Origin: Spirochaetia bacterium UBA6919
Lineage (GTDB): Bacteria; Spirochaetota; UBA6919
Direction: 5' to 3'
NCBI GenBank assembly: GCA_002450905.1
Contig: DKAT01000009.1
Span: 1 to 64,000, forward strand
DNA length: 64,000 nucleotides
In this document: piece by piece, positions 37,410 through 47,062 of the stretch
Position numbering within the stretch: the stretch's first letter is position 1
How the letters are laid out: each line of letters opens with the position of its first letter
Made by a program: the position numbers and the translations under genes
Notes under the pieces: model-generated
The model's input: only the letters and a program-made list of their open reading frames with translations
Told to the model about the DNA's origin: nothing
The model's database searches: none

Positions 37410-38678
37410 ATGCAAATTACAGGTATGCACTGGGGATCCAGGCTTCTGAAATACGTTGATTATCCTTGTACTGAGGTTTTAGGTCCTGACGCTTCAGTGG
37501 ATGAAATCAAAAGTATGATTGAAAAACATAAACAATTATTTATCAAACCTCTATTCAAGGGGGGTGTTGGTAAGAAGGGTAAGGCAGGACTAATAGGGCG
37601 GGTAAATAATATCCAGGATGCCCTTAAGGAGAAGGAAAGACTTTTTTTTGTTGAGCATAAATTTGGAAATCAAGTTGCTAAATCCGATGGCGTGACATAT
37701 GAAGCGGCTGTTCCTGCTGAGCACGAGGTATATTTCTCAATATGTGATAATACTCACTTCCGTGCACCTGCTATCACGATAACCCATCACGGTGGTATGG
37801 ATATTGAAGAACTTCCCAAGGATAAGATTACTACAATCCCCTTTGACCCTTTAACTGGTTTTAAAGGATTTATTATTTCTAATGCTCTTATGAAACTTGG
37901 AGCTCCACCTGAAATCATTAGCCCTTTGGTACAACACCTTCCTAAATTATGGGACTTGTATCATAATTATGGTATGACGTTGTTGGAATTGAACCCCATC
38001 CGTATGTTGAATGCTGGTGGACGATTGACCCCAGTTGCCTGTGATTTTAAGTGCTCCTTCGATATTGACGACCCTAACTGGAAGCGTTTAGAAATACCAG
38101 CCGATGTTTTCGCATCCGACTACTCTGAATTCGAACAGGAAATCAATCAATTGAGAACATATCAGGGTCAGAGTGATGTATTTGTCATTAATGATAAGGG
38201 TTCAATCACAGCAATGACCTTTGGTGGTGGAGCGAACGCACTGGCTACTGAACTTCTTGGGGATAGTGCAACGATTTCATCCGACTTTGGTGGGAATCCT
38301 CCTTATGAGAAGATGAAACAGGTTGCGGAGATCTGCTATAAATATTGGTTACCTCAAAGCAATGTTCTGTTTATTATTGGTGGGAAAGCAAATAATACAG
38401 ATATATTCGAAACGTTCCGTGCTATGTCCGATGCGTTAAGAGAGTTCTATGCTAATCGTGGTTCTAAACCTCTTTATGTGGTTGTTGGTCGTGGTGGTCC
38501 AAATTTGATCAGAGGAATGGCTTATTTGAGGGATACTTTAGATGCTCTGGGGCTTCCTTATAGAATATTTGGTCATGATAGCGCGATGAGTGAAGTAGTG
38601 AATTATGCGAAAGCTGCTGATGACTGGATGAAGAAGGAAGGTAATAAACTAATAGCTCAGAAGCTTGGAATAAATTAA
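37410..38678 (+). CDS. ATP-grasp subunit of an ATP-citrate lyase-like enzyme (AclB/SucC-like).
   Basis: The 422-aa ORF has succinyl-CoA synthetase beta-like ATP-grasp features (KPLFKGGVGKKG; LELNPI). It lies 3 nt before the large-subunit gene. Confidence 0.6.
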   Translation: MQITGMHWGSRLLKYVDYPCTEVLGPDASVDEIKSMIEKHKQLFIKPLFKGGVGKKGKAGLIGRVNNIQDALKEKERLFFVEHKFGNQVAKSDGVTYEAAVPAEHEVYFSICDNTHFRAPAITITHHGGMDIEELPKDKITTIPFDPLTGFKGFIISNALMKLGAPPEIISPLVQHLPKLWDLYHNYGMTLLELNPIRMLNAGGRLTPVACDFKCSFDIDDPNWKRLEIPADVFASDYSEFEQEINQLRTYQGQSDVFVINDKGSITAMTFGGGANALATELLGDSATISSDFGGNPPYEKMKQVAEICYKYWLPQSNVLFIIGGKANNTDIFETFRAMSDALREFYANRGSKPLYVVVGRGGPNLIRGMAYLRDTLDALGLPYRIFGHDSAMSEVVNYAKAADDWMKKEGNKLIAQKLGIN

Positions 38679-38680
38679 GG

Positions 38681-41425
38681 ATGGGTAAAGATATGCATAA
38701 AAATGGTGTTGAGAAGTTTGATAAATATTTTGTAGGAATTAATTCCCTGGATCAGCTTGCAACAAAGGATGACAAGATTTGTGTTTTAAATATATTAGGA
38801 AGTGAAAGTCGTGGTGTTACTCCTGTGAGTCATGCTTTCTCTGGCGGGAATGTTGTATTTGGAACATCTCCGGGACGATCAGGTCATAAACTATCTACTC
38901 CTGCAGGGGATATACCAGTTTATAATAACATCGCGGAGGGTCTGGAAGCAGGTCACAAGTTTAATACTGCTGTTATTTACATGCCACCGTCAGGAGTAAG
39001 GGATGCGGTAGCGGAAGCTGTGCGTGTGAACCCTGATCTTAAGAAAGTTGTGATCTTAACCGAGAAGGTATCTGTAAAAGATTCCCGTATCATTCGTGCA
39101 ATCGGTCAGCTCAGAGGGATAGATATCTTTGGTGCGAACTGTCTTGGTCTTGCAGATTCCCATAATAAGATTCGTATTGGTGGGGCATTGGGTGGAAGTA
39201 ATCCTGCTGAATCTCTTGTACCTGGAACAGTTGCTATATATTCGAATTCTGGTAATTTTACTACTACTATTGCTGTATACCTCTTAAGCCAGGGATGGGG
39301 AACCACTACTTCCGTTTCTAGTGGAAAAGATGTTTATATCCATTACTCAGCTAAAGAATTCATCCATGCTTTCGAGAATGATAAGCGAAGTAAGTCTACT
39401 GTAATGTACATCGAGCCCGGTGGATATTATGAATACGGTATGGAATTTACTAAGCCGATTGTAGCTTGTATTGTGGGACGATGGAAAGCACGTTTAACGA
39501 AGGCTGTGGGTCATGCTGGTAGTTTAGCAGGGTCTGGAGATGATGCCGCTGCTAAGGAAAAGTGGTTCATGGATTATTTTGGTGTGAAGGATATTTTCAC
39601 TCCTGAGAACCCTGTTTTCTCAAAGAAAGGTGCAGTTGTAACCAATATAGCTCACATTCCTGAGGCAATGACCAAGGTGATGGAAGCAAATGGAGTGAAA
39701 CAGGACTTTGAACCCAAAGGAGATCTTTCTAAGAAAGCCTGGTTTGGGAATAATCAAGGGCTAAAACTTCCTGCTGAATTAGATTCTCCAGTTGTTGAAG
39801 CAGTAGAACCCTATAATCAACAAATTGAAGTTGTTAATAAACAGATAGGAACTGTATTCCCAAGACAAACCATGAAAGATACCAGTGGTGCATCGATGAT
39901 GGACTCTAAAACACAGGTTACAAGGGTTCATAATATCTCTATCCTTGATGCAACAAAGCATTCTATAACCGCTAATCTTATTATGAATATAATCCGTGAG
40001 TATCCTTCAGAAATTGGTGAACAGTACAGCAATGTGATATTAAATTCATTTGTCAATTTACACGGAGATCCAATGCTTATAGCGTCTGAAGCATCGCGTA
40101 AAGCAGGAAATTCACCAAATATCGTTTTATCTTCAGCTGTAGGTATACTGGGTAAGAATCGGGTTGCTCATGCTCAAAGTACAGCAAAAGCATTACTTGA
40201 ATTATTTCAACACAGTGGATTGAATGATCCTTTCGGAGAGAAAATTGATTATGCACAACAATTAAAATCCGCTGATAAAAAAGCTATTTTAGGTGATTCT
40301 TCTTCCTCTGAATTATCTGAAAAAAGAACTGATGATATATTAAAAGCAATAGATAAGCTCAAAGGACAATGTTTGTTTGTTGAATTTGTAAAAGACCTTG
40401 CAAAACAGGATGGGAAGAAACCAAATCCTGAAACACTTTTATCAGCCATTACTACAGCTTTAGCCTGGTCTCCATTAATGCGTAAACGACTATCTAAAAT
40501 TACTATAACCAACCTTCCCTGGTATATGATGCTTTATAGTGCTATGGTTGGTTCAAGTACGCATTTGGAAAATCACACTGGTGAATCTTTTGTTGGAATA
40601 AAAAATGATGAGCTCATATCCTCCTGGACGTTTGGTGAAATAGCGTTTTTATCCATTGTTGGACGCAAACCTAATCAGGAAGAATTGTTCGCATTCAGTG
40701 TTCTTATGGGACTTATTATCAGCAATGGACCAGGAACGATTTCTGCTCAAGGCTCTAAAGGTGCTGTGAGTGCTGATGGACCTGAAGATCCTTTTAGAGT
40801 ACAGATTAATAAAGCTTTCATGGGATTCATGACCCATACAGGTTATGCTCACGGAGGAAATGGATATGAAGCTATGGCATTCCTTCTTGATCAGTTTAAA
40901 AGTTCCGGTCTTAAGGAGCCAGGAAATAAATCTCATGGGATTAAATTAGCTGATATCGCGATGAATTATGCTTCTAATTATAAAAAATATAAGTCACAGC
41001 AAAAATCCATAGGAAATATCACATATGAGAAAATACCTTGTGTTAATCACCCTGTATTCAAAGGCAAAGATGTCAATTTTGACCCTCGAGAAGTTTATGT
41101 TAGAGAGCTTTTTGAGAAACAAGGTTCCTATAACGTGTTTTTAGACTTCTATCATGAATTGGTTAACTCACTATTCAAGACAGGAGTTTCAAATAATGTC
41201 TATTGTGTTAATGTGGATGCAGTCATTGCAGTGATTCTACTTAAGATCCTTTGGAAGCCTTATATAGAAGGAAATTTTAAGGAAGAAGACCTTGAATCTG
41301 CAGCATTCACCGCATTCCTATATGGACGTATGATGGGATGTGCTGCAGAAATTGAAGATCATATTAATCGTGGTCGAAATATGGATACACGAACACCAGC
41401 CAGTCAGTGCTACTTTGTAAACTAA
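38681..41425 (+). CDS. Large subunit of an ATP-citrate lyase-like enzyme. It has a CoA-binding/phosphohistidine (SucD-like) domain, a long central region and a citrate-synthase-like C-terminal domain.
   Basis: The phosphohistidine loop AVGHAGSLAGSGDDA lies at about residue 285. CS-like motifs HTGYAHGGNGYEAM and NVDAVIAVILLKI...FLYGRMMGCAAEIEDH lie near the C-terminus. At 914 aa it is about 300 aa longer than Chlorobium AclA. Confidence 0.55.
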   Translation: MGKDMHKNGVEKFDKYFVGINSLDQLATKDDKICVLNILGSESRGVTPVSHAFSGGNVVFGTSPGRSGHKLSTPAGDIPVYNNIAEGLEAGHKFNTAVIYMPPSGVRDAVAEAVRVNPDLKKVVILTEKVSVKDSRIIRAIGQLRGIDIFGANCLGLADSHNKIRIGGALGGSNPAESLVPGTVAIYSNSGNFTTTIAVYLLSQGWGTTTSVSSGKDVYIHYSAKEFIHAFENDKRSKSTVMYIEPGGYYEYGMEFTKPIVACIVGRWKARLTKAVGHAGSLAGSGDDAAAKEKWFMDYFGVKDIFTPENPVFSKKGAVVTNIAHIPEAMTKVMEANGVKQDFEPKGDLSKKAWFGNNQGLKLPAELDSPVVEAVEPYNQQIEVVNKQIGTVFPRQTMKDTSGASMMDSKTQVTRVHNISILDATKHSITANLIMNIIREYPSEIGEQYSNVILNSFVNLHGDPMLIASEASRKAGNSPNIVLSSAVGILGKNRVAHAQSTAKALLELFQHSGLNDPFGEKIDYAQQLKSADKKAILGDSSSSELSEKRTDDILKAIDKLKGQCLFVEFVKDLAKQDGKKPNPETLLSAITTALAWSPLMRKRLSKITITNLPWYMMLYSAMVGSSTHLENHTGESFVGIKNDELISSWTFGEIAFLSIVGRKPNQEELFAFSVLMGLIISNGPGTISAQGSKGAVSADGPEDPFRVQINKAFMGFMTHTGYAHGGNGYEAMAFLLDQFKSSGLKEPGNKSHGIKLADIAMNYASNYKKYKSQQKSIGNITYEKIPCVNHPVFKGKDVNFDPREVYVRELFEKQGSYNVFLDFYHELVNSLFKTGVSNNVYCVNVDAVIAVILLKILWKPYIEGNFKEEDLESAAFTAFLYGRMMGCAAEIEDHINRGRNMDTRTPASQCYFVN

Positions 41426-41442
41426 TTTTAACCATAGATATA

Positions 41443-41480
41443 TCCCCGAACATGTTATATTCTTTACATGCCTTCGGGGA
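41443..41480 (+). terminator. GC-rich hairpin downstream of the ACL-like operon.
   Basis: The stem is TCCCCGAACATG, the loop is 12 nt, and the return arm is CATGccTTCGGGGA. It is the strongest GC stem in the AT-rich spacer, and the following U-tract is weak. Confidence 0.4.
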
Positions 41481-41624
41481 AATTCTTACTACCCTTAAAT
41501 ATGAAAGTCTTCATAATGAATGCCTATCCAAACTGAATAGTTATCATCTCAATTTATCTTGTAATAAATATTTCTACTATATATAAATTTAAATGATGTT
41601 ACTAAGGTGAAGAGATAGAAGAGT

Positions 41625-41651
41625 ATCGGAACTAAAAATTCTGATTCCGAT
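41625..41651. repeat. Palindromic intergenic element, copy 5.
   Basis: The sequence is atcggaactaaaaattctgattccgat. It lies in the convergent gap between the ACL-like gene and the esterase gene. Confidence 0.7.
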
Positions 41652-41723
41652 GTTGTTCCTTCCAAAAAAAGTAATCTAAAAATCTATTTATTGAATGGGA
41701 CAAAAATAAATTAATTATAATTG

Positions 41724-42356
41724 TTATAGATTAAACATCTTTCGGATGGATTGCTGAATTAAGGGGAATTCCTCGTTTAAGTCTATGGTGTGTCCTTTAG
41801 AATAGCTATAAAAATCAATGGGTAGACCGGATGAAATGATAGTCTCTACATGGGATTTCGTCTCATGATAAGGGAGTAAGTCATCATCGTATCCATGGGT
41901 GACGAGCCATGGGGTGTTTTTAGCTGTATCGCTCAATTCTTTACCTAATACTATTGGATCGTAGCAATATCCTGATATCCCGATGAATCCTGCTAATTGA
42001 TGATGAGTCCTTCCACCCCACTCAAGGCACATAAGACACCCTTGAGAGAATCCAAACATTAAAACATCATTAGAACGGATACCTTGCTGATCAAGTTCCT
42101 GAAAGAGTTGATCCAATAATTTTCGTGAGCGATTAATCCCTGGAAGCTGTTCTGGTGGAAGATCGTACCAGCTATAACCAAAATAATATTCGTCTGGAGC
42201 ATTGATCAATAAATAGTTAATCGATGATATACCTAGTTCGTTGACAAACCACTCAAAGCCATGATAAGAATCCCCTCTCCCATGGAGGATTAAGAGAGTT
42301 TTTGATGTATTCTGCCGGGCTGGTAGCCATAGGTGATTGAATGTGTTTATTTTCAT
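41724..42356 (-). CDS. Alpha/beta-fold phospholipase/carboxylesterase-family hydrolase.
   Basis: It has a GFSQGC nucleophile elbow (GxSxG) and a length of 210 aa. Confidence 0.6.
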   Translation of the reverse strand: MKINTFNHLWLPARQNTSKTLLILHGRGDSYHGFEWFVNELGISSINYLLINAPDEYYFGYSWYDLPPEQLPGINRSRKLLDQLFQELDQQGIRSNDVLMFGFSQGCLMCLEWGGRTHHQLAGFIGISGYCYDPIVLGKELSDTAKNTPWLVTHGYDDDLLPYHETKSHVETIISSGLPIDFYSYSKGHTIDLNEEFPLIQQSIRKMFNL

Positions 42357-42377
42357 TCTATTAATATAATGAAATTA

Positions 42378-42929
42378 TTATTCCTTCACTTCGAAATAAC
42401 CTTTAATTGTTGCTTGGTCAATTACTTTTCCTTTAATGGCTCTCAGGAATTTCTTTCGGCTAACTTTACCGTATAATTTCAGTTTACTGACATTTAAAGC
42501 ATATATCGTGATCAGATATTCGTGTTTTCCAGATCCTGCTGGGGGTTGGGGACCAAAATATCCCTTGGTTTTCGAAGTATTTATGAGTTCCACTGATCCT
42601 TTGGGCATTTTCTTACCGCTGGCACCTTCAGGTAATTCTGTGGTATTAGCAGGAATATTTTTCACAGCCCAATGAACCCATTTTTGAGCTATAGGATGTT
42701 TATCCCACATTAAAATGGCATAGGATTTTGTATCAGCAGGGAAATTATCCCACATTAATTGTGGAGAGATGTTCTGTCCGCCTTCAACTCCATCCGCAGC
42801 GAATTTTAAAGGTATATTCGTTCCATTTTGAAAACTGTCGCTCTCGATAAGCATGGAATCTGCAAATAGACTTGTTGTTGTGAGTAGTATTATAAATAAC
42901 ACATATTTTTTGATGTGATTTCTTTTCAT
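42378..42929 (-). CDS. YbhB/YbcL-family PEBP (phosphatidylethanolamine-binding) periplasmic protein.
   Basis: It has a signal peptide and PEBP motifs WDKHPIAQKWVHWAV and GYFGPQPPAGSGKHEY. Confidence 0.7.
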   Translation of the reverse strand: MKRNHIKKYVLFIILLTTTSLFADSMLIESDSFQNGTNIPLKFAADGVEGGQNISPQLMWDNFPADTKSYAILMWDKHPIAQKWVHWAVKNIPANTTELPEGASGKKMPKGSVELINTSKTKGYFGPQPPAGSGKHEYLITIYALNVSKLKLYGKVSRKKFLRAIKGKVIDQATIKGYFEVKE

Positions 42930-43111
42930 ATAGAATATTCTCCTATTTTTTAATTAGTTTTAAACTTGTTATTTAAAAAAATATTATTCCCCTGATTAAA
43001 TTGAGATGAACTGCTATATAAGAATTGATGTACTTGGTTATTCATGAATATACAATTTCTTACAAGGACTTCTGACTGTTAAGTATAGTAAATAAATAGC
43101 CATTAAACCCA

Positions 43112-43705
43112 TCATCCGATTCTTTGAAAGGTGATGTCTTTCGAATTTTGAATGGTCATGATATAGTATGAGCACTCTTTGATGACTGAATATCTGAAAT
43201 TTAATTGTTGTACATTATTGAGGGTAATTCCCTCGGTACCACTGCCAAATAAAATGGAGTCTTCTATATCGATAGACCGGCTATTTTCGAATCTCAGAAC
43301 CCCCCCTGTACAAAAACCACTCTCTGTATGACCCATATTTAGGTATTGGATATTGATATTTATAGCATTAATAAATTGAAACACATAACCATATTTTGGA
43401 TCAACAAGTATTTTTGGACGTTTGCTCCCAATTCCTTTGAGATTCAGGTTATTGATATTTTTTATTTTAATTTGATATCCGTCAAATACCTTTTCCCATT
43501 TGATATAATTTGTATTTTTTTTAGGGAGGGAGGAGAGGTGATAAGTCCCTGGTTTGATTAAAATAGTTTTATTGGAGCCGATGGCATTGATCAATTCAGT
43601 TGCTGTACTCACAATAGTTGTTTGGCTTGACCAGGGTATCTGATTGATAAATAATAAATTAAATATTAGAAGTGATATGGAGAGGGTAATTTTCAAATTA
43701 TTCAT
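43112..43705 (-). CDS. Hypothetical secreted protein, possibly with a parallel beta-helix fold.
   Basis: It has a signal peptide and short G/N-rich beta-helix-like repeats (GSGTEGITLNN). No catalytic motif is assignable. Confidence 0.35.
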   Translation of the reverse strand: MNNLKITLSISLLIFNLLFINQIPWSSQTTIVSTATELINAIGSNKTILIKPGTYHLSSLPKKNTNYIKWEKVFDGYQIKIKNINNLNLKGIGSKRPKILVDPKYGYVFQFINAININIQYLNMGHTESGFCTGGVLRFENSRSIDIEDSILFGSGTEGITLNNVQQLNFRYSVIKECSYYIMTIQNSKDITFQRIG

Positions 43706-43924
43706 AGTAATAATTTACTAAAATATTTTATGAATGGAAATCTTAATTACATTTAAATCTTATGAATTGTTTTCAGCAGGATAATAAGATATGCTTCATC
43801 ATTGGTTATATTTTTTATATTGTTGATTAGAACAGGATACAGAATTATTCCATATTTGATAGACTTCTTATAAAAATATACTATCTTTGATCTAATCTTG
43901 AAACTTTAGTATGATATTAATAGT

Positions 43925-45892
43925 ATGATAACCCATATTAAAAGATTTTTTTTGGGTGACAAGAGAGATCCCCAAGCCCCTGGTATTTTTCATAAGATAA
44001 CTCTCCTCGCCTTCCTTGCCTGGGTGGGATTAGGATCTGATGGCTTATCTTCATCCTGTTACGGACCTGCAGAAGTTCTCCAATCACTTGGGAAACATAG
44101 TCATCTTGGGATATTAGTGGGATTGGCTTCGGTGATTACTATATTCATCATCAGTTCCAGCTATAGCCAGATAATAGAATTATTTCCTAGCGGGGGTGGT
44201 GGATATCTTGTCGCCAGTAATCTTTTATCACCCACGATTGGTATGATTTCTGGTTGTGCATTAATTATTGATTATGTCCTCACCATTGCCGTATCAATCG
44301 CTAGTGGTGCTGATGCAATATTAAGCTTTCTTCCTCTATGGTTTAAGAACTATAAAGTTGAAATAGCTGTTGTGGTATTAATTTTCCTTACAATTATCAA
44401 TCTTCGGGGAGTTAAAGAATCTGTTACTCCGCTTGTACCCATCTTCCTCCTGTTCTTAATAAGCCACATCTTTGTTATATTCTATTCCATCATCAGCCAT
44501 AGTTCGGAAGTCACTGCAGTAAGCCAACGTATAGCTAGCGATATATCTGGTACCTATAGTACACTTGGTCTATTTGGATTTGTATACCTCCTTGCCCATG
44601 CCTATAGTATGGGTGCTGGTACATATACTGGAATTGAAGCTGTGAGCAATGGTCTGCCAATATTACGGGAACCACGTGTCCAGACAGCGAAGAAAACAAT
44701 GATGTATATGGCTATTTCCCTGTCTGTAATGGTAATTGGATTGTTAATTGCTTATGATTTCCAAGATGTGAGAGAGGTTGCTGGTAAAACCATTAATGCT
44801 GTGCTTATTGAGAAAGCGACAACGAATTGGAATCCCACCATATCGTTAATATTCACAATCACAACACTCCTCACCGAATCCGCTATCTTATTCGTTGCAG
44901 CCCAAACAGGATTCATGGATGGACCGAGAATTCTATCAAATATGGCTTTAGATCGATGGCTACCCACACGATTTGCTACCCTCAGTGATCGCCTGACTAC
45001 TCAGAATGGTATTCTCATGATGTCTGTCTTAGCGATTGTGATCATAGCCCTTACCCAGGGATCTGTGACATTCCTTGTGGTATTATATAGTATCAATGTA
45101 TTTATTACTTTTGTTCTCTCTCAGCTTGGTATGGTACGTCATTGGTTGAAGGTGAGAAAATCAAATCCTTTGTGGATAGGGAAAATATTAATCAATGGTG
45201 TGGGATTAGTCTTAACCACATTCATTTTGATCACCATTACTATCGTTAAATTTCATGAAGGTGGGTGGATTACAATTGTGATCACTACCGGTTTAATCCT
45301 AGTTGTACTGAAAATTAAAAAAGAATATAGCATCACTAAAAAACTATTGAAGAAGTTCGATATACTCATTCCTACTATGGAACAAGAAATTAAAAAATAT
45401 TCTCACCGATACAAAGATATCAACACCAGTTATCGTTCAAAAACTGCGGTACTCCTTGTCAATGGATATAGTGGGGTGGGCATCCACTCTATTCTGGCTA
45501 TCATCCGTCAATTTGGAAATATGTTTAAGAATTTTGTCTTTCTAGAGATAGGAATCATCAATGCTGGACTTTTTAAAGGGGATGAGGATATTATTAAATT
45601 AAAAGAGAATTTAAAATTAGATATTCAACAATATATAGATCTTGTAAAAAAAATGGGATATCATGGAGATGGATTTTTTTCTCTGGGACTTGAAGTGGTG
45701 CAGGAGGTGGAAAAAATGTCCGATGAGATATCAAAAAAATACCCTGAATCCATGTATTTCGGAGGACAACTGGTCTTTCCAAAAGACACACTTCTAACCC
45801 GAATCCTTCATAACCATATCGTATTCGCTATCCAACGACGATTCTTCAGAACAGGACGAGAGTTTATAATTCTTCCGTTAAAATTAAGATAA
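43925..45892 (+). CDS. APC-superfamily permease with a C-terminal cytoplasmic extension of about 200 aa.
   Basis: It has about 12 TM helices with a G-rich unwound-helix motif (GGGGYLVASNL) typical of amino-acid or polyamine permeases. It is 655 aa. Confidence 0.55.
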   Translation: MITHIKRFFLGDKRDPQAPGIFHKITLLAFLAWVGLGSDGLSSSCYGPAEVLQSLGKHSHLGILVGLASVITIFIISSSYSQIIELFPSGGGGYLVASNLLSPTIGMISGCALIIDYVLTIAVSIASGADAILSFLPLWFKNYKVEIAVVVLIFLTIINLRGVKESVTPLVPIFLLFLISHIFVIFYSIISHSSEVTAVSQRIASDISGTYSTLGLFGFVYLLAHAYSMGAGTYTGIEAVSNGLPILREPRVQTAKKTMMYMAISLSVMVIGLLIAYDFQDVREVAGKTINAVLIEKATTNWNPTISLIFTITTLLTESAILFVAAQTGFMDGPRILSNMALDRWLPTRFATLSDRLTTQNGILMMSVLAIVIIALTQGSVTFLVVLYSINVFITFVLSQLGMVRHWLKVRKSNPLWIGKILINGVGLVLTTFILITITIVKFHEGGWITIVITTGLILVVLKIKKEYSITKKLLKKFDILIPTMEQEIKKYSHRYKDINTSYRSKTAVLLVNGYSGVGIHSILAIIRQFGNMFKNFVFLEIGIINAGLFKGDEDIIKLKENLKLDIQQYIDLVKKMGYHGDGFFSLGLEVVQEVEKMSDEISKKYPESMYFGGQLVFPKDTLLTRILHNHIVFAIQRRFFRTGREFIILPLKLR

Positions 45893-46018
45893 TATCACAT
45901 CCACTCCCATTGAAAGAAGAAATTGGATACCCTTGAATTCTAGTGATCACTAATACATTTCTTATTTAACATCTTCAAATAACAAAAGGCGATTAAAGAG
46001 GCACTTAGACTAAACAGC

Positions 46019-46045
46019 ATCGGAATCAAAATTTTCAGTTCCGAT
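46019..46045. repeat. Palindromic intergenic element, copy 6, with an extended conserved 5' flank.
   Basis: The sequence is atcggaatcaaaattttcagttccgat. The preceding ggcacttagactaaacagc matches the flank of copy 4. Confidence 0.7.
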
Positions 46046-46752
46046 TATAAATAGGTATTTTTATTTAGTTTCTATTGATAAAAGGAAGTTATTTTTTTCT
46101 TATGTTATTCTATCCACGTTATTTTTGAAAACACCATCTTCCATTGATTATTTTTATATTTATATTCTGTTATGCCACCTTGATACGCTATAAGAAAATA
46201 AATTATTGATTTATTAAATTTACTATTAAATTGTATGACAAAAATTTCAGGATGGGTTATTAAATGTCATCTAGACCAATGACCATGAATAATTGGGAGA
46301 TATCGTTTTAAAAATTATAACGTCTCAGGCTCGCCCCCTTTGCTCTTGCAGGATTAATAAGATTAGGAGTTCCAAATTTATATTGTTTATTTCCAAGAAA
46401 GTTTAAAAGGATTTTTTCATATTTTTTTGTAAGATATAATATTTTAGATAATTTTAATTTAATCCTTGGTCTTATATTATATAACGATATTTTCTTTTTT
46501 ACTATTGTTATCATCATTTTGATCGAAATTATTATTTATTTCTATGTTTATATCATTTTGAGATATAATATATTCAAACCTCTTATACAAATAATTACCC
46601 CATTCATGATTACCATATTTACTGATATTATAGGGATTATAAATCTTCATAAATTTGGTAGACATCTTGTACCCATAAAGGTTTTTTTAACAATTCATTT
46701 TGATTTATTGGTACGGATTCTTTAGCTCAACTATTTAAAAATTGTTTTAATT

Positions 46753-46959
46753 TTAATAATTCTCTTGTTTGTAAGCTTTGTAAAGGAGACTTGAAAGATC
46801 TTTTGAGTTATCATACTGGAGAACCGAACGATTCTTTGTATCGACACTATAAAGATTTGAATGATTTGTTGATCTACCAACATCATCTGAACACAAGGTT
46901 GATATTATTATTAGCTGAATAAGAAAGATTTGGAAAATTGGTCTTGATACTAATTTCAT
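46753..46959 (-). CDS. Small 68-aa ORF with a signal peptide, immediately downstream of actF.
   Basis: It has a hydrophobic N-terminus with lipobox-like STLC. It lies in an otherwise ORF-poor AT-rich 1.1-kb region, so it may be spurious. Confidence 0.25.
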   Translation of the reverse strand: MKLVSRPIFQIFLIQLIIISTLCSDDVGRSTNHSNLYSVDTKNRSVLQYDNSKDLSSLLYKAYKQENY

Positions 46960-47062
46960 ATTACACCATTAATAAATTATTTATATGTTTATTACATATA
47001 GTTGTTAAAAATAGTGTTTTTTTATATATATTTTTAGTACCAAATATATTATTATTTACACT

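Noticed and set aside
43346-43561. 71-aa plus-strand ORF and other small ORFs overlapping annotated genes (for example 4426-4659, 5123-5359, 48489-49043, 51095-51459, 54094-54631).
   Set aside because: All are embedded in, or antisense to, confidently assigned genes and have no independent support.
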